Shown in pieces: positions 1 through 14,060 of a stretch of DNA of 64,000 bases. Both the position numbers and the translations under genes were made by a program. This DNA is from Chara braunii (Eukaryota; Plantae; Charophyceae): assembly GCA_003427395.1 (NCBI GenBank), contig BFEA01000020.1:3121986-3185985 (forward strand), in the 5' to 3' direction. Below the pieces are notes generated by a model. That model searched no databases and was not told the origin of the DNA. It saw only the letters and a program-made list of their open reading frames with translations. Each line of letters begins with the position of its first letter. Within the stretch, counting starts at the first letter, position 1.

Positions 1-3000
1 GAAGATTACACTTTTTTTTTCTTTTTTTTTTTCATTAGGAGCTTAGTAGTTTTTAGGGTCCTCGTCCTCTCAACCTTCCCAGGGCTTCGCCGAAGACTTC
101 ACTTCTTTTTCTTCTTTTTTTTCTTTGGTAACTTAGTCATTTTTAGGGTTATCGTCCTCTTAACCCTCCCAGGACTTCGTTGAAGATTACACTTATTTTT
201 CTTCTTTTTTTTCCTTGGGAACTTGGTCATTTTTAGGATCCTCGTCCTTTTAACCCTCCCTAGGGTTTCGCTGAACATTACACCTATTTTTCTTCTTTTT
301 CTTCCTTGGGAACTAGTCGTTCTTAGGATACTCGTCCTCTTAACCCTCCCCAACGCTTCGCCGAAGATCACACTTATTTTTCTTCTTTTTTTTCCTCGGA
401 AACTTAGTCGTTTTTAGGATCCTCGTCCTCTTAACCCTCCCCAGGGCTTCGACGAAGATCACACTTATTTTCTTCTTTTTTTACTTCGGGAACTTAGTCG
501 TTTTTAGGGTCCTCGTCCTCTTAACCCTTCATAGCGCTTCGCCGAAGATTACACTTATTTTTGTTTTTTTTTCTTCTCGGGAGCTTAGTCGTTTTTATGG
601 TCCTTGTCCTGTTAACCCTCCCAGGGCTTCGGCGAAGATTACGCTTATTTTTCCTCTTTTTTTTCCTCGGGAACTTAGTCGTTTTTAGGGTCCTCGTCCT
701 CTTAACCCTCTCAGGGCTTCGTCGAAGATTACACTTATTTTTCTTCTTCTTTTTTTCCAGAAACTTAGTCGTTTTTAGGATCTTCGTCCTCTTAACCCTC
801 CTCAGGGTTTCGCCGAAGATCACACGTATTTTTCCTCTTTTCTTTCCTCGAGAACTTAGTCGTTTTTAGCGTCCTCGTCCTCTTAACCCTCCTCAACGCT
901 TCGCCGAAGATTACACTTTTTTTTTTTTTTTTTTTTCCTCGGGAACTTAGTCGTTTTTAGGGTCCTTGTCAAGTTAACCCTCCAAGGGCTTCGGCGAGGA
1001 TCACACTTATTTTTCTTCTTTTTTTTCCTCGGCAACTTGGTCATTTTTAGGGTTCTCGTCCTCTTAACCCTCCCAGGGCTTCGTCGAAGATTACACTTAT
1101 TTTTCTTCTTTTTTTTTCTCTGGAACTTAGTCGTTTTTAGGATCGTCGTCCTCTTAACCCTCCTTAGGGCTTCGTCGAAGATTACACTTATTTTTCTTTT
1201 TTTTTCCCCTCTGGAACTTAGTCGTTTTTAGGATCGTCGTCCTCTTAACCCTCCTTAGGGCTTCACCGAAGATTACACTTATTTTTCTTTTTTTTTCTCC
1301 TCGGTAACTCAATCGCTTTTAGGGCCCTCGTCCTCTTAACCCTCACCAGGGCTTCGTCGAAGATTACATTTTTCTTTTTTCTTTTTTTTCTTTAGTAACT
1401 TAGTCGTTTTTATGTCCTCGCCCTCTTAACCCTCGCAGAGCTTCGTTGAAGATTACACTTATTTTTCTTCTTTTTTTTTCTTCGGGAACTTAGTCGTTTT
1501 TAGGGTCCTCGTCCTCTTAAACCTCCTAAGGGCTTCGCTGAAGATCACACTTATTTTTCTTCTTTTTTTTCTTCGGGAACTCAGTCGTTTTTGTGGGTTA
1601 ACCACCCACTCAACCTCCTCAGCGCTTCGCCGAAGATTACACTTATTTTTCTTTTTCTTTTTTCTTTGGGAACTTAATAGTTTTTGTGAGTTAACCACCC
1701 ACTCAACCTCGTCAGCGCTTCGCCGAAGATTACACTTGTTGTGCTTTTTTTTTTTCTTTTTGAACTTAGTCGTTTTTAGGGTTCACGTCCTCTTAACCCT
1801 TCCCAGGGCTTCGTCGAAGATTACACTTTTTTNTTTTTTTTTTTTTTTTTTTTTTTTGTGGGAACTTAGTCATTTTCAGGGTCCGCGTCCTCTTAACCCT
1901 CCTAGGGCTTCGCCAAAGATTACACTTATGTTTCTTCTTTTTTTTCCTTGGGAATTTGGTCGTTTTTAGGGTCCTCGTCCTCTTAACCTTCCCAGCGCTT
2001 CGCAGAGGATTACACTTATTTTTCTTCTTTTTTTTCCTTCGCAACTTACATCGTTCTTAGGGTCCTCCTCTTCTTAACCCTCACCAGGGCTTCGCCGAAG
2101 ATTATACTTATTTTTCTTCTTTTATTTCCTCGGGAACTTAGTCTATTTTAGGGTTCTCGTCCTCTTAACCCTCCCAGGGCGTCGCCGAAGATTACACTTT
2201 TTTTCTTTTTTTTTTTTCTTTAGGAATTTAGTCGTTTTTAGGGTCCTCGTCCTCTTAACCCTCGCAGGGCTTCGCCGATGATTACACTTATTTTTCTTCT
2301 TTGTTTTCCTTCGAAACTTAGTCGTTTTTGTTGGTTACCCACCCACTCAACCTCCTCAGCACTTCGCCGAAGATTACATTTATTTTTCTTCTTTTTTTTC
2401 TCTGGGAACTTAGTCGTTTTTGTAGGCTAACCACCGACTTAACCTCCCCAACGCTTCGGCGAAGATTACACTTATTTTTCTTCGTTTTTTTCCTCGAGAA
2501 CTTAGTCGTTCTTAGAGTCCTTGTCCTCTTAACCCTCCCTTGGGCTTCATCGAAGATTACGCTTTTTTTTTTTTTTTTTTTTTTTCCTCGGAAACTTAGT
2601 CGTTTTTTTGGTTCTCGTCCTCTTAACCCTCACAGGGCTTCGCCGAAGATTACACTCATTTTTCTTCATTTTTATCCTTGGGAACTTAGTCGTTTTTAGG
2701 GTCCTAGTCCTCTTAAGCTTCCAAGAGGTTCGCCGAAGATTACATTTATTTTTTTTATTTTTTTTCCTTAGGAACTTAGTCATTTTTAGGGTTCTCGTCT
2801 TCTTAACCCTCCCCAGGGCTTCGTCGAAGATTAAACTTATTTTTCTTCTTTTTTTTCCTCGAGAACTTTGTCGTTTTTAGGATCCTCGTCCTCTTAACCC
2901 TCCTTAGGGCTTCGCCGAAGATTACACCTATTTTTCTTTTTTTTTTCTCATCGGGAACCGAATCGTTTTTAGGGTCCTTGTCCTCTTAACCCTCGCCAGT

Positions 3001-6000
3001 ACATCGTCAAAGATTACACTTATTATTATTATTATTTTTCCTTAGTAACTTGATCGTTTTTAGGGCCCTCATCCTCTTAACCCTCGCAGCGTTTCGCTGA
3101 AGATTACACTTATTTTTCTTCTTTTTTTTCCTTGGGAACTTAGTCGTTTTTAGGGTCCTCGTCCTCTTAAACCTCCTCAGGGCTTCGTTGAAGATCACAC
3201 TTATTTTTCTTCTTTTTTTTCTTCGGAAACTTAGTTGTTTTTGTGGGTTAACCACCCACTCAACCTCCTTAGCGCTTCGCCGAAGATTACACTTATTTTT
3301 TTTATTTTTTTCTTTGGGAACTTAGTAGTTTTTGTGTGTTTACCACCCACTACACCTCCCCAAGCGCTTCGCCGAAGATCACACTTGTTTTGCTTTTTTT
3401 TTTTTCTTTTTGAATTTAGTCGTTTTTAGGGTTCACGTCCTCTTAACCCTTCCCAATGCTTCGTCGAAGATTACTGTTTTTTTTTTTTGGGGGGGGGGGG
3501 GAACTTAGTCGTTTTCAGGGTCCGCATCCTCTTAACCCTTTATATTTCTTCTTTTTTTTCCTTGGGAACTTAGTCGCTTTTAGGGTCCTCGTCCTCTTAA
3601 CCTTCTCATGGCTTCGCAGAAGATTACACTTATTTTTTTTCTTTTTTTTCTTTCACAACCTAAATGGTTCTTAGGGTCCTCGTCCTCTTAACGCTCACCA
3701 GGACTTTGCTGAAGATTATACTTATTTTTCTTCTTTTTTTTCCCCGTGAACTTGGTCTATTTTAGGGTTCTCGTCCTCTTAACCCTCCAGGGCTTCGCCG
3801 AAAATTACTCTTATTTTTCTTCTTTTTTTTATTTAGGAACTTTGTCGTTTCTAGGGTCCTCGTCCTCTTAACCCTTGCAGGGCTTCGTCGATGATTACAC
3901 TTATTTTTCTTCTTTTTTTTCCTCGGAAACTTAGTCGTTTTTATTGGTTAACCACCCACTCAACCTCCCCAGCTCTTCGCCGAAGATTACATTTTTTTTT
4001 TTTTTTTTTTTTTTTTGGGAACTTAGTTGTTTTTGTGGGTTAACCACCGACTTAACCTCCCCAACGCTTCGGCGAAGATTACACTTATTTTTCTTCGATT
4101 TTTTCCTCCGGAAATTAGTCGTTTTTAGCGTCTTCGTCCTCTTAACCCTCCCCCGGGCTTCATCGAAGATTACCCTTCTTTTTCTTCTTTTTTTTTCCTC
4201 GGCAACTTAGTCGTTTTTTTTGTTCTCGTCCTCTTAACCCTCACAGGGCTTCGCCGAAGATTACACTCATTTTTCTTCATTTTTATCCTCGGGAACTTAG
4301 TCGTTTTTAGGGTCCTCGTCCTCTTACCCTTCCAAGGGGTTCGCCGAAGATTACACTTATTTTTCTTCTTTTTTTTCCTTAGGAACTTGGTCGTTTTTAG
4401 GGTCTTCATCCTCTTAACCCTCCTCAGGGCTTCGTCGAAGATTACACTTATTTTTCTTCTTTTTTTTCTTCGAAAACTTAGTCGTTTTTGTGGGTTGACC
4501 ACCCACTGAACCTCCTCAGCGCTTCGCCGAAGATAACACTTAGTTTTTCTTCTTTTTTTTCTTTGGGAACTTAGTCGTTTTTATGGGTTAACCACCCACT
4601 CAACCTTCCCAGCGCTTCACTGAAGATTACACATATTTTTGTTCTTTTTTTTCTTTGGGAACTTAGTCGTTTTTAGGTTTCACGTCCTTTTAACCTTCCC
4701 AGCGCTTCGCTGAAGATTACACATATTTTTGTTCTTTTTTTCCTTTGGGAACTTAGTCGTTTTCAGGTTCCTCGTCCTCTTAACCCTCCCAGGGCTTCGC
4801 CGAAGATTACACTTTTTTTTCTTTTTTTTCTTCCTCGGAATTTTAGTCGTTTTTAGGGTCCTCGTCCTCTTAACCCTCCCAGAGCTTCGCCGAAGATTAC
4901 ACTTATTTTTCTTTTTTTTTTTTCTTTGGGAACTTAATCGTTCTTAGGGTTCTCATCCTCTTAACCCTCCCCATGACTTCGTCGAAGATTACACTTATTA
5001 TTTTTTTTTTTTTCTTTGGTAACTTAATCGTTTTTGTGGGTTAACCACTCACTCAACCTCCTAGGGCTTCTCCGAAGATTACACTTATTTTTTTTTTTTT
5101 TTTCCCTCAGGAATGTAGTCATTTTTAGGGTCCTCGTCTTCTGAACCCCCCTACGGACTTCGCCGAAGATTACACTTATTTTTCTTTTTTTTTTTCTTTG
5201 GGAACTTAGTCGTTTTTAGGGTCCTCGTCTTCTTAACTCTCCCAGGGTTTCACCGAAGATCACACTTTTTTTTTTTTTTTTTTTTTTTGGGCAACTTTGT
5301 CGTTTTTGTGGGTCAACCACCCAATCAACCTCCCCAGCGCTTCGCCAAAGATTACACTTTTTTTTTTTTTTTTAACTTAGTCGTTGTTGTGGGTCAACCA
5401 CCCACTTAACCTCCCCAGCGCTTCGCCGAAGATTACAATTATTATTATTAATTTTTTTTCTTTGGGAACTTAGTCATTTTTGTGGGTCAACCATCCACTC
5501 AACCTCCCTAGCGCTTCGCCGAAGATTACATTTATTTTTCTTTTTTTTCTTCTTTGGCAACTTAGTTGTTGTTTTTTGTCAACCACCCTCTCAACCTCCT
5601 AGCGCTTCATCGAAGATTACACTTATTTTATTTTATTTTTTTTTTCCTTTGGGAACTTGGTCGTTTATAGGATCCTCGTCCTCTTAACCCTCATAGGGCT
5701 TCGCCGAAGATTACACTTATTTTTCATCTTTTTCTTCTTTGGGAGCTTAGCCGTTTTTAAGGTTCTCGTCCTCTTAAACCTTCTCATGGTTTCACCGAAG
5801 ATTACATTTATTCTTCTTTTTTTCCTTTTTTGGGAACTTAGTCGTTTTTAGAGGGCCTTCCACCCACCAACCCTTCCCAAGGCTTCACCGAAGATTACAC
5901 TCATTTTTCTTATTTTTCTTCTTCGGGAACTTAGCCGTTTTTGGAGGGCCACCTACTTACCAATACTCTCCAAGGCTTCGCCGAAGATTGCATTTATTTT

Positions 6001-6440
6001 TCTTCTTTTTATTCTTTTAGAACATAGCCGTTTTTTAGGGATCTCCCACCTACTAACCCTCCCCAAGGTTTTGCCGAAGATTACACTTATTTTTCTTATT
6101 TTTCTGTTTTGATAACTTAGTCGTTTTTATGGGGTCTCCCACCCACCAAGCCTTCCAGGGCCTCGCTGAAGATTACACTTATTTTTCTTATTTTTCTTCT
6201 TTGGGAACTATAGACCGTTTTTAAGGGGTCTCCCACACAACAACCCTCCCCTAGGCTTCGCAAAAAATTACACTTCCTTTTCTTTTTTTTTGTCGTTGGA
6301 AACTTAGCCATCAACCCTCGCTAAGGCTTCATCGAAGATTACGCTTCTTTTGTTTTTTTTTTTCTTCGGAAACTAAATTGTTTTTTTGTTTTTTTTTTTC
6401 TTCGGAAACTAAATTGTTTTTTGGTTTTTTTTTTTTACTT
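1..6440 (+). repeat. Satellite array, ~90-bp monomer (about 70 copies), runs off the left edge
   Basis: Consensus GAAGATTACACTTATTTTTCTTCTTTTTTTTCCTCGGGAACTTAGTCGTTTTTAGGGTCCTCGTCCTCTTAACCCTCCCAGGGCTTCGCC; starts at 1, 92, 182, 273, 363...; three monomer variants. The K/R- and F-rich ORFs here are repeat artefacts. Confidence 0.97.
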
Positions 6441-6521
6441 AATTTTTTTTTAGGGTTTTTGACGGACTAACCCTTTCGAACGCTCCTCACCCTATCCAAC
6501 GTTCTCAACTCACTTAGGGGG

Positions 6522-7502
6522 GTCGGTTTGCGCCACAAAGTTTATCTAACACTTACTACATGCATAACTGGCAAAAATATGATGATGTATCTTTCAATAT
6601 GCATGTGAAAGATTCAGTTAGATTTTCCTCGAGATTAAGGGCGGCTGTACAGTTGTCAGCACCCCTCATTTTCGGCAAGGGTCTCACTACTCTAATTACC
6701 AATGTCTTTCCAGCGTGTCATAACTCGTTTTTTTTTTCTTCCCCCCAGATCTAATGAAAAAATACTCCCCTTCTCGTTGTCAAGCCTGTAAAACACTGTT
6801 CGGACATGCTTGAAGGTGGTTTTTTCAGCTGGGATGTCGGTTTAAATTACTTTTGTGAACTTAGTCTACTCTCACCTAATGTGAAGGGAAAAAAAAAAAT
6901 TGGGGCGGGTGAGTCTCAAGCGAAGGGGGAAAAACAACCAAAACCCTCTTCATTACCAACACGACTGACCCAAATAATAATAACTTGAAACAGGTGGGAG
7001 GCGGGGCGTCCGTTTGCACCACGAATTTTCTCTAATACTTACCGCATGCATAACAAACAAAAATATGACAATGTATCTTTCCATATATCTGTTATAGATT
7101 CATTCAGATTTTTCATGTTTGGTTAGTTGTGGCGTGAGGCCCCGAGATAAGGGGCAGCTGTATATTAACACCCTTCACTTTCGGCAAAGGTCTGGCAACA
7201 CTACTCACCAATGTCTTTTCAGTGCGTCATAAACCGTTTTTTTTTCCCCCCAGATCTTATGAAAGAATACTCCCTGCCTCGTTGTCCCCCAACTAGACGT
7301 TATGTCAAGCCTGTGAAACACTCTTCCGGCATGATTGAAGGTGGGTTTTTCAACTGGGAAAGGTATTAGCGACTTGAATGACTTTTGTGAACTTAGTCTG
7401 CTGTGACCTAATGTGAAAAAAATAAAAATAGCGCGGGTGAGCCTCAAGCGAAGAGGGAAAAAAAAACAAAATCGTCTTCATTACCAACTCGATTGACCCA
7501 AC
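6522..7502 (+). repeat. Diverged tandem duplication of a ~480-bp unit
   Basis: 6522-6973 and 7007-7502 align collinearly (GTTTGC.CCAC, CATGCATAAC, TGTATCTTTC, TTCGGCAA.GGTCT, CCCCCAGATCT, ACTTTTGTGAACTTAGTCT, TCTTCATTACCAAC). Confidence 0.85.
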
Positions 7503-9515
7503 TTCAGAACAAATGGCCAAGTTTAGTAGGTGAGCAACAAAAACTTAATGCCTCGCAAAAAAAAAAAAAAAAAAAAAAACCTAAGGGATCATCTCCTCTT
7601 GAGGGTATCTCTCCGATGGACCAGGGACATTGGACCCCCCACACGGGAAGTGGGTCCACTGTTAAGTAGGTGAGCAACAAAACCTTAATGCTGAGCAAAA
7701 AAAAAAAAAAAAAAAAAAAGGCAAAAGGGGTTAAATAATGGCTAGGTTAGACAACTTGAAGATTTTGTTTTGGCAAAGTGAACCAAACAAGTGTTGCAAT
7801 GTAAAACAACCCACATTATGAAAGTCAAACAATGCTTTATCCCCAAAACAGAAAGGTCAAACAACAACTCATGACAACGAATTTTATTGATAACAAATTT
7901 TGTTAAAGTTGTTGAGTTCCAAGGACGAGACCTCTATCTTCAGCAAGCGGCTTTTGCCAAAGCAGCTGATGACAATAGAACGGCTTCAAAACCCTTCTCT
8001 CTGACATGACGAGTCATATCCTCGTCACAACTCGCCCATCTCAAATAGTGTTGAAAAATGCTTCCGGAATGTATGACTTGACCGACACAAAACCTGTACG
8101 TCAAGTTAATAACAAAATAAATTCATATGTGAGTTTTAAAGACAAACAACAATAAAAAAAATTCTCTATCAAATAGTCAAAAATCTACAGCATCCAAATT
8201 AACATAACACGAAGACGATACACAATCAATTGTTGAATCTGGTTTGTTCGATGTCAACACATATGACCTGTTCCAAAATATGTTGCAAGGTCGTTATAAC
8301 AATGACAGGGATGACTCCTGCGTGCATCACTGTTGATTGCTAGCGGACAACAATCTGACATTGACCAGATACTAAAGGTATAGCATTGGATGTGAACATT
8401 AATGAAAACATAGAAAAAAATAATAATTTCACAAAGCACCAACATGAAATTGGATGAAGAAGATACTGAAAAGACAAGAAAGGGAAAAAACAACCTTAGA
8501 CAACATTCAGAGGAGGAATATCCTAAACGGTGTGGTACAATTCACTGATAATTTTCGCTACTCTTTAAGGTTGTGGGTTCTTATATATAATCTCATCTTG
8601 TCTCAAACTGTCAACGAAGTCCTGGTCATGACATTTAATATGCCACGTCCTTGCCTCCACATTGACAACGAACATGACTGTTAACATCCAACCAAACGAA
8701 ACAAGAAAAAACATGGTCATAAAAAGATCTACAATCTACACTCATTTGAACATTATTGTCTAGCATTATGATATACCACTCAAGTGCATGAAGGACGAGG
8801 CAACTCAGGCAAGATATGCGAAATACCATAACACAGTTGGTCACAACAGTGGTCCGAGATGACTTGTCTGGCTTACGCCAAAAAATAATATATATATATA
8901 TATATATACACATATATTATGTCAGCTGCCAGTAAACCATAGGCAGAGAGGGAAAAGAGAAAAACAAACGAGGGGCATATATATAAATATATGAGTTGGT
9001 GAAACTCCAACAAAACAGTTTGTCACAGTCCCTCGTTTGTTGTCATTTTCCCCCTCTCTGCCCACGGTTTATCAGACAGCTCTGTTTGGCGATGTATACC
9101 ACAATGTACGTGTATGCAGCTTGCGCCTACACACGTTCACGTATTCTTGTACGTGATACGTACGGGTGTACATATACTACCGTACGTGAGAGTACGTTAA
9201 AAAAAAAAAAAAAACGAGAAAATTTGGAAAAAAAATTGAAAAAAATATATAAAAAGGAAAAACAAATTAATAAAAATCTGAAAAAGAAAGTATGTTATGC
9301 ATAATAAAAATCCACACAACTTTTGTCTGTGATTCATCACAAATCTTTTCTTTTAGATTCTTTCAATTTTATCGGGTGTTCAACTAGGCTACCAGCTGGT
9401 CCATGCAAGGGCCAAAGAAGGTCCCCAAAATAAAATAAAATAAATTAAAAGAATCCTAGGCTACCAGTCAGGCCCCACCTCGGACCCCCCCATCGCCCCG
9501 GGATACACCCTCTCC

Positions 9516-9680
9516 TGGTGAGCTCGGGGTGGCCCTGGGCCCGGGGCCTGGGGTGGGGTCAAGCGGGGTGTGGGGCCAGGGATGGTTGGGAGCGGGGGTG
9601 GGGGTACGGGCGCGGGGGCGAGAGCTGGGGCGTGGGTGCGGGGCCAGGGGAGGGCGACACGGCGGGGGAGGGCACGGGGT
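9516..9680 (+). other. G-rich tract with many GGG/GGGG runs (potential G-quadruplex)
   Basis: More than 15 G-runs in ~160 bp, set in an AT-rich background. Confidence 0.45.
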
Positions 9681-10790
9681 TTGTTATTATTTGTTTATTT
9701 TTTTTCTCTTTTTTTCTAGGAATATATTTAAGTGCTCAGACATGTATAAATTATTTTGTTACTCTATTGCAGGTACACAAACAAATCAAGGTTCAACTTC
9801 CTTCTGCTGATCATATGTCAGATTGATCACGAGAAACGATCAAAGTCCGAAATTGACAGAATAAGCTCACGTACAAACCGTTACAAGAAGCGAAGACTTG
9901 TCTGTTGATATGTCAACAACAACCATCGACTGCAGTGTGTGTGTGTATTTCAAGAGGTAAACACTTCTCTTCTCAACCTGCTTGCTTTCCTGGTTGCCTG
10001 TTTTACCTGCTTTGACTGCTTGCTTGCCTGCATACCTGTATGTCTGCTGAACACTTGGATGCCTACTTGCCTGTCTACTTGGCCCGCCCTGTCTCCCTCG
10101 GTGCTTGCGTGTCTATCTACCTGGCTTGCCTGTCTGGCTTTTTATCTGCCCAACTCTCCTCCCTGCGTGAACTGTATGCAAGCTACTATTGATAAAATCA
10201 CTCTCATAATTTTGATGTGAGGCGATTCAACACTGACGTTTTCAATCCAAGAAATAACAGGAGAAAAAACAAATGAGAAAAAAATAAAAGAAAAACAAGA
10301 AATGTCCCTGTGATATGGTTAGGTCGTTGTGGGCGGATTCGTGTCACAAATTTGCTATGAATCTCTTTGTCTCAATGATTATTTTTCAAATTTTCACAAC
10401 ACTTAATATTATCGTTGGTATTATTCACAATCTTCCTCAATATTATATTATTATTATTCAACCTATGTAGTGTATATATATTTTTGTTCACAATGATTAT
10501 TTATAAAATAACTTTTTTTTTAGGGCTGAGCTGCACGACCGGGCAGCCGGGCCATTGCAACTTGGACCCTCTTGCCCGGGTCACTCGGGCGAGTAAAAAT
10601 AGTAGTCAAAACTTTTTTCTTTTCCTTCCCCTGATTATGGGGTATTTTTGCGCCCTCCGAGAGGGACCCAAATCCGTTTTTTTTTTTTTTTTTTCCATGT
10701 CGTTCTGGAGGGTCAGGGGGGGGGGTGAGGGTCTTAAAAGGGCTTGAAAGGGGTAAAAAGGCCTTTAAAAGAGGCGAGATGATTTTCCTT

Positions 10791-11370
10791 NNNNNNNNNN
10801 NNNNNNNNNNNNNNNNNNNNNNNNNNNNNNNNNNNNNNNNNNNNNNNNNNNNNNNNNNNNNNNNNNNNNNNNNNNNNNNNNNNNNNNNNNNNNNNNNNNN
10901 NNNNNNNNNNNNNNNNNNNNNNNNNNNNNNNNNNNNNNNNNNNNNNNNNNNNNNNNNNNNNNNNNNNNNNNNNNNNNNNNNNNNNNNNNNNNNNNNNNNN
11001 NNNNNNNNNNNNNNNNNNNNNNNNNNNNNNNNNNNNNNNNNNNNNNNNNNNNNNNNNNNNNNNNNNNNNNNNNNNNNNNNNNNNNNNNNNNNNNNNNNNN
11101 NNNNNNNNNNNNNNNNNNNNNNNNNNNNNNNNNNNNNNNNNNNNNNNNNNNNNNNNNNNNNNNNNNNNNNNNNNNNNNNNNNNNNNNNNNNNNNNNNNNN
11201 NNNNNNNNNNNNNNNNNNNNNNNNNNNNNNNNNNNNNNNNNNNNNNNNNNNNNNNNNNNNNNNNNNNNNNNNNNNNNNNNNNNNNNNNNNNNNNNNNNNN
11301 NNNNNNNNNNNNNNNNNNNNNNNNNNNNNNNNNNNNNNNNNNNNNNNNNNNNNNNNNNNNNNNNNNNNNN
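10791..11370. other. Assembly gap (N run); others at 14341-14367, 20448-20647, 28208-28756, 39036-39060
   Basis: N characters; ORFs spanning them are artefacts. Confidence 0.99.
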
Positions 11371-13524
11371 ACATTATTTTATTTTTAATTCAAATTTTGT
11401 GCAGACTTTGGAAGTGACCCTCAACCAAAAGTTATCTGGTTTGCTATTCTGCACAACATATATATTTTTTTTTAATTTTTTTTTTTTTTTTTTTTTTTTN
11501 TGGGATATGGGCAGGGACCCCCCCCGGCCCAGTTGCCTGGTCGAGCGTCCTGGGCAGGTCCCGTGCCAGCTTTGGGGACCCGAGCGGCATGGCTGGTAGC
11601 CCACAAGCTGAGGAAATAGGGAATGATTATGTTTTTTGTCTTCCCTCAATGAAAAGTAGGAAAAATAACTGGGAAGAAACCCCCCTCTTTGTTGAGGTCA
11701 TATTAATAGTGAGGGTGACTTTGTTGGTGACTTTTGCAGGCATGATTTGAAAGTAAAGGTTGCTCCCGGGCTCGGAATGATGGTATACCAGGGCATAATG
11801 CTATGCGTTTTCTGGGTATGCAAGCAGCTACTTGAGTTATCATATCTGATTCCGACATACGTATTTCCAGTTGGGGACGTGAAGTGACAGATGCAAAATT
11901 GGGCCAAGGATTTTCTACTGTGTAGCTCTACAAACCTACCCTCTCGACTTGTAGCACTTTTAGACGGCATCGTTGACTACACGTGGCGGACAAAGATACA
12001 CATAGACATATTTCAGTTAATGATAACTTGCACACGTTTGCACTTTGCTCAGCTTGAAGGGAAGACCCTTTCTTGCGAGATTGCTCAAGTGAGATTTTCT
12101 TTGACAGAGAATAAAACCACAGGCTATTTCTGGCCATAAGTGAAGTCAGCTCTAAGACCAACATGTAAACTTTTCAAACGGGCGTAACATCAGGTACAAC
12201 ATGGCTACGTATTGTCAGCCTTTGCACATCTGGCATGTCATTGTTACCAGGGATAATTTGTGGAAGAAGACCTGGTGCCAGAAGCAGCGCAATAAATGGT
12301 TATAGGTTGTGTTTGTTGTCATTGTCCGGGGATGGTTTGTGGCGTGCATGTTGGAGTCGGAACTGCATGGTCTGATGACTCTGATATACTCTGGTTGGGT
12401 CCATGCATGATGATCGTGCACTCTAGCTCACTTGTTCATCTATGCGTTGTGTCCTCATTTATGTGTCGTAAGCAAGGGTCAAAGAACAAAGAGAGAATGA
12501 GGAGGAAAACGTAAAGGAAGTTGCAAGGAGATGTGTGGAAAGTTGAGAAAGTCCGTGATTGTAGGAACACAAGTAGGACTGATTGAAAACGGTAAGCCTG
12601 ACTGATCAATAACAAGAGTTTTGATTGATCAATAGCAAGAGAATTTTGAGGCAGCACAGTTTTGGGTTAGACCTTTATGACATTTATTTTTGTTGTTTTT
12701 TTTGCTGTCTTTCTTTAGGTGTGAGTCTTAGTTTTCAATTTTTTGTAGGTCTAGAGTTAGGGAGTCTAGAAGTAGCTGGAGGAAAAGTGCGTTTGGGTCT
12801 CTTTTCATTTTTTTCAGTTGCCGGTGAAACTCTGTCAGGTTGAGGGTTGAGAGTTGTTGTGCTATCTACAATAAGAACTGTCTTTATCTTCAGGCGGTTG
12901 CTATAGCTGGTGGTTGTGACGGGCGTTGAAAGGCGCTATGCAACAAAGGTTCAGCGTTGCAGAAAGTTATCTTGGCACCTGCAATGTTTGGGGTTATGCG
13001 CTGCCATTACTTCTTGTTGGCAACCTTATTGTTCTTCAATCTGACGAGCAACTTTCTTCTTCGAGGTGGCTGGATAGTCTTCTTTTTCACTCAGGATTTG
13101 TAACGCTGCATTTCTGTGTGGGCACTGAGCTGGGGCAACTATTTTGGGGTTGCTACTTCAGATGTGGTCCAGGGAGATGATTTGGGAATTCTGCTGCTAC
13201 TACAGCCATAGCGAGGGTGATGAGGTGGCAAGGAGGAAAAAATATACTCCGAGAAACTTCATTGAACATTTGTTTTTGATTGTTCAATTGGATAATTTGG
13301 AGGACAAGGTTAATTCAGAGGAGGGGGCTGATTCATAATTCAATTCATACTTCAATTTCTTTCTTGTGTATTGAGTTTTAAGTGCATCTGTCATTCCCGT
13401 TTTCGTGTGGATATGCCTCCTTTGAGTCTTCTGTGAAATTTCATGCATGTATGAGAACGTGTGTGGTCATTGTGGATTGAGATTAAATCAAGTTGTAGAT
13501 TGTAATGAACTTTATCTGAGTGGG

Positions 13525-14060
13525 ATCAGTAATTTATATGAAAAGCAAAAGAAAAAGGTACCTGAAGTGCCCATAAGGTGGAGGGAAACTTGAAGCGTCA
13601 AGACCTTAAGCCCGCAATCCATTTCATCCATGCTTGGTTCTACACGGTCCCTAAAGAAAAAAAAGAAGAAAAAAAGTGTAACCTTCGGTGAAGGTTCATG
13701 GAATGTTAATGAGAGAAGTGACTTGTATGAAACGCAAAAGAAAAAGGTACCTGAAGTACCCAAAAGGTGGAGAGAAACGTGAAGCGTCAAGACCTTAAGC
13801 CCACAATCCAATTCATCCATGCTTGGTTCTACAGAGTCCCCAAAGAAAAAAAAAAAGAAAAAAATATAAGTTTAATGAGAGCAGTGACTTATATGAAAGG
13901 CAAAAGAAAAAGACATCTGAAGTGCCCATAAGCTGGAGGAAAACTTGAAGCGTCAAGACTTTAAGCCCGCAATCCACTTCATCCATGCTTGGTTTTACAC
14001 AGTCCCTGAAGAAAAAAAAGAAGAAAAAAAATGTAACCTTCGGTGAAGGCTTATAGAGTA
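13525..14060 (-). repeat. Three tandem copies of a ~170-190-bp unit containing part of the 90-bp satellite monomer
   Basis: GCAAAAGAAAAAG..A.CTGAAGT.CCCA...GAAGCGTCAAGAC.TTAAGCCC.CAATCCA.TTCATCCATGCTTGGTT at ~13545, 13733, 13900; copies 1 and 3 end in TGTAACCTTCGGTGAAGG, matching the satellite core. Confidence 0.88.

Noticed and set aside
10520-11417. Long ORFs of 230-284 aa (also 28139-28774)
   Set aside because: Mostly N gap.
7940-13340. Possible decayed exons (minus 7943-8093 FCVGQVIHSG...AKAAC*; plus 11740-12290)
   Set aside because: Protein-like, with acceptor-like sites, but contain stops and I recognise no domain; no gene model can be supported without a homology search.
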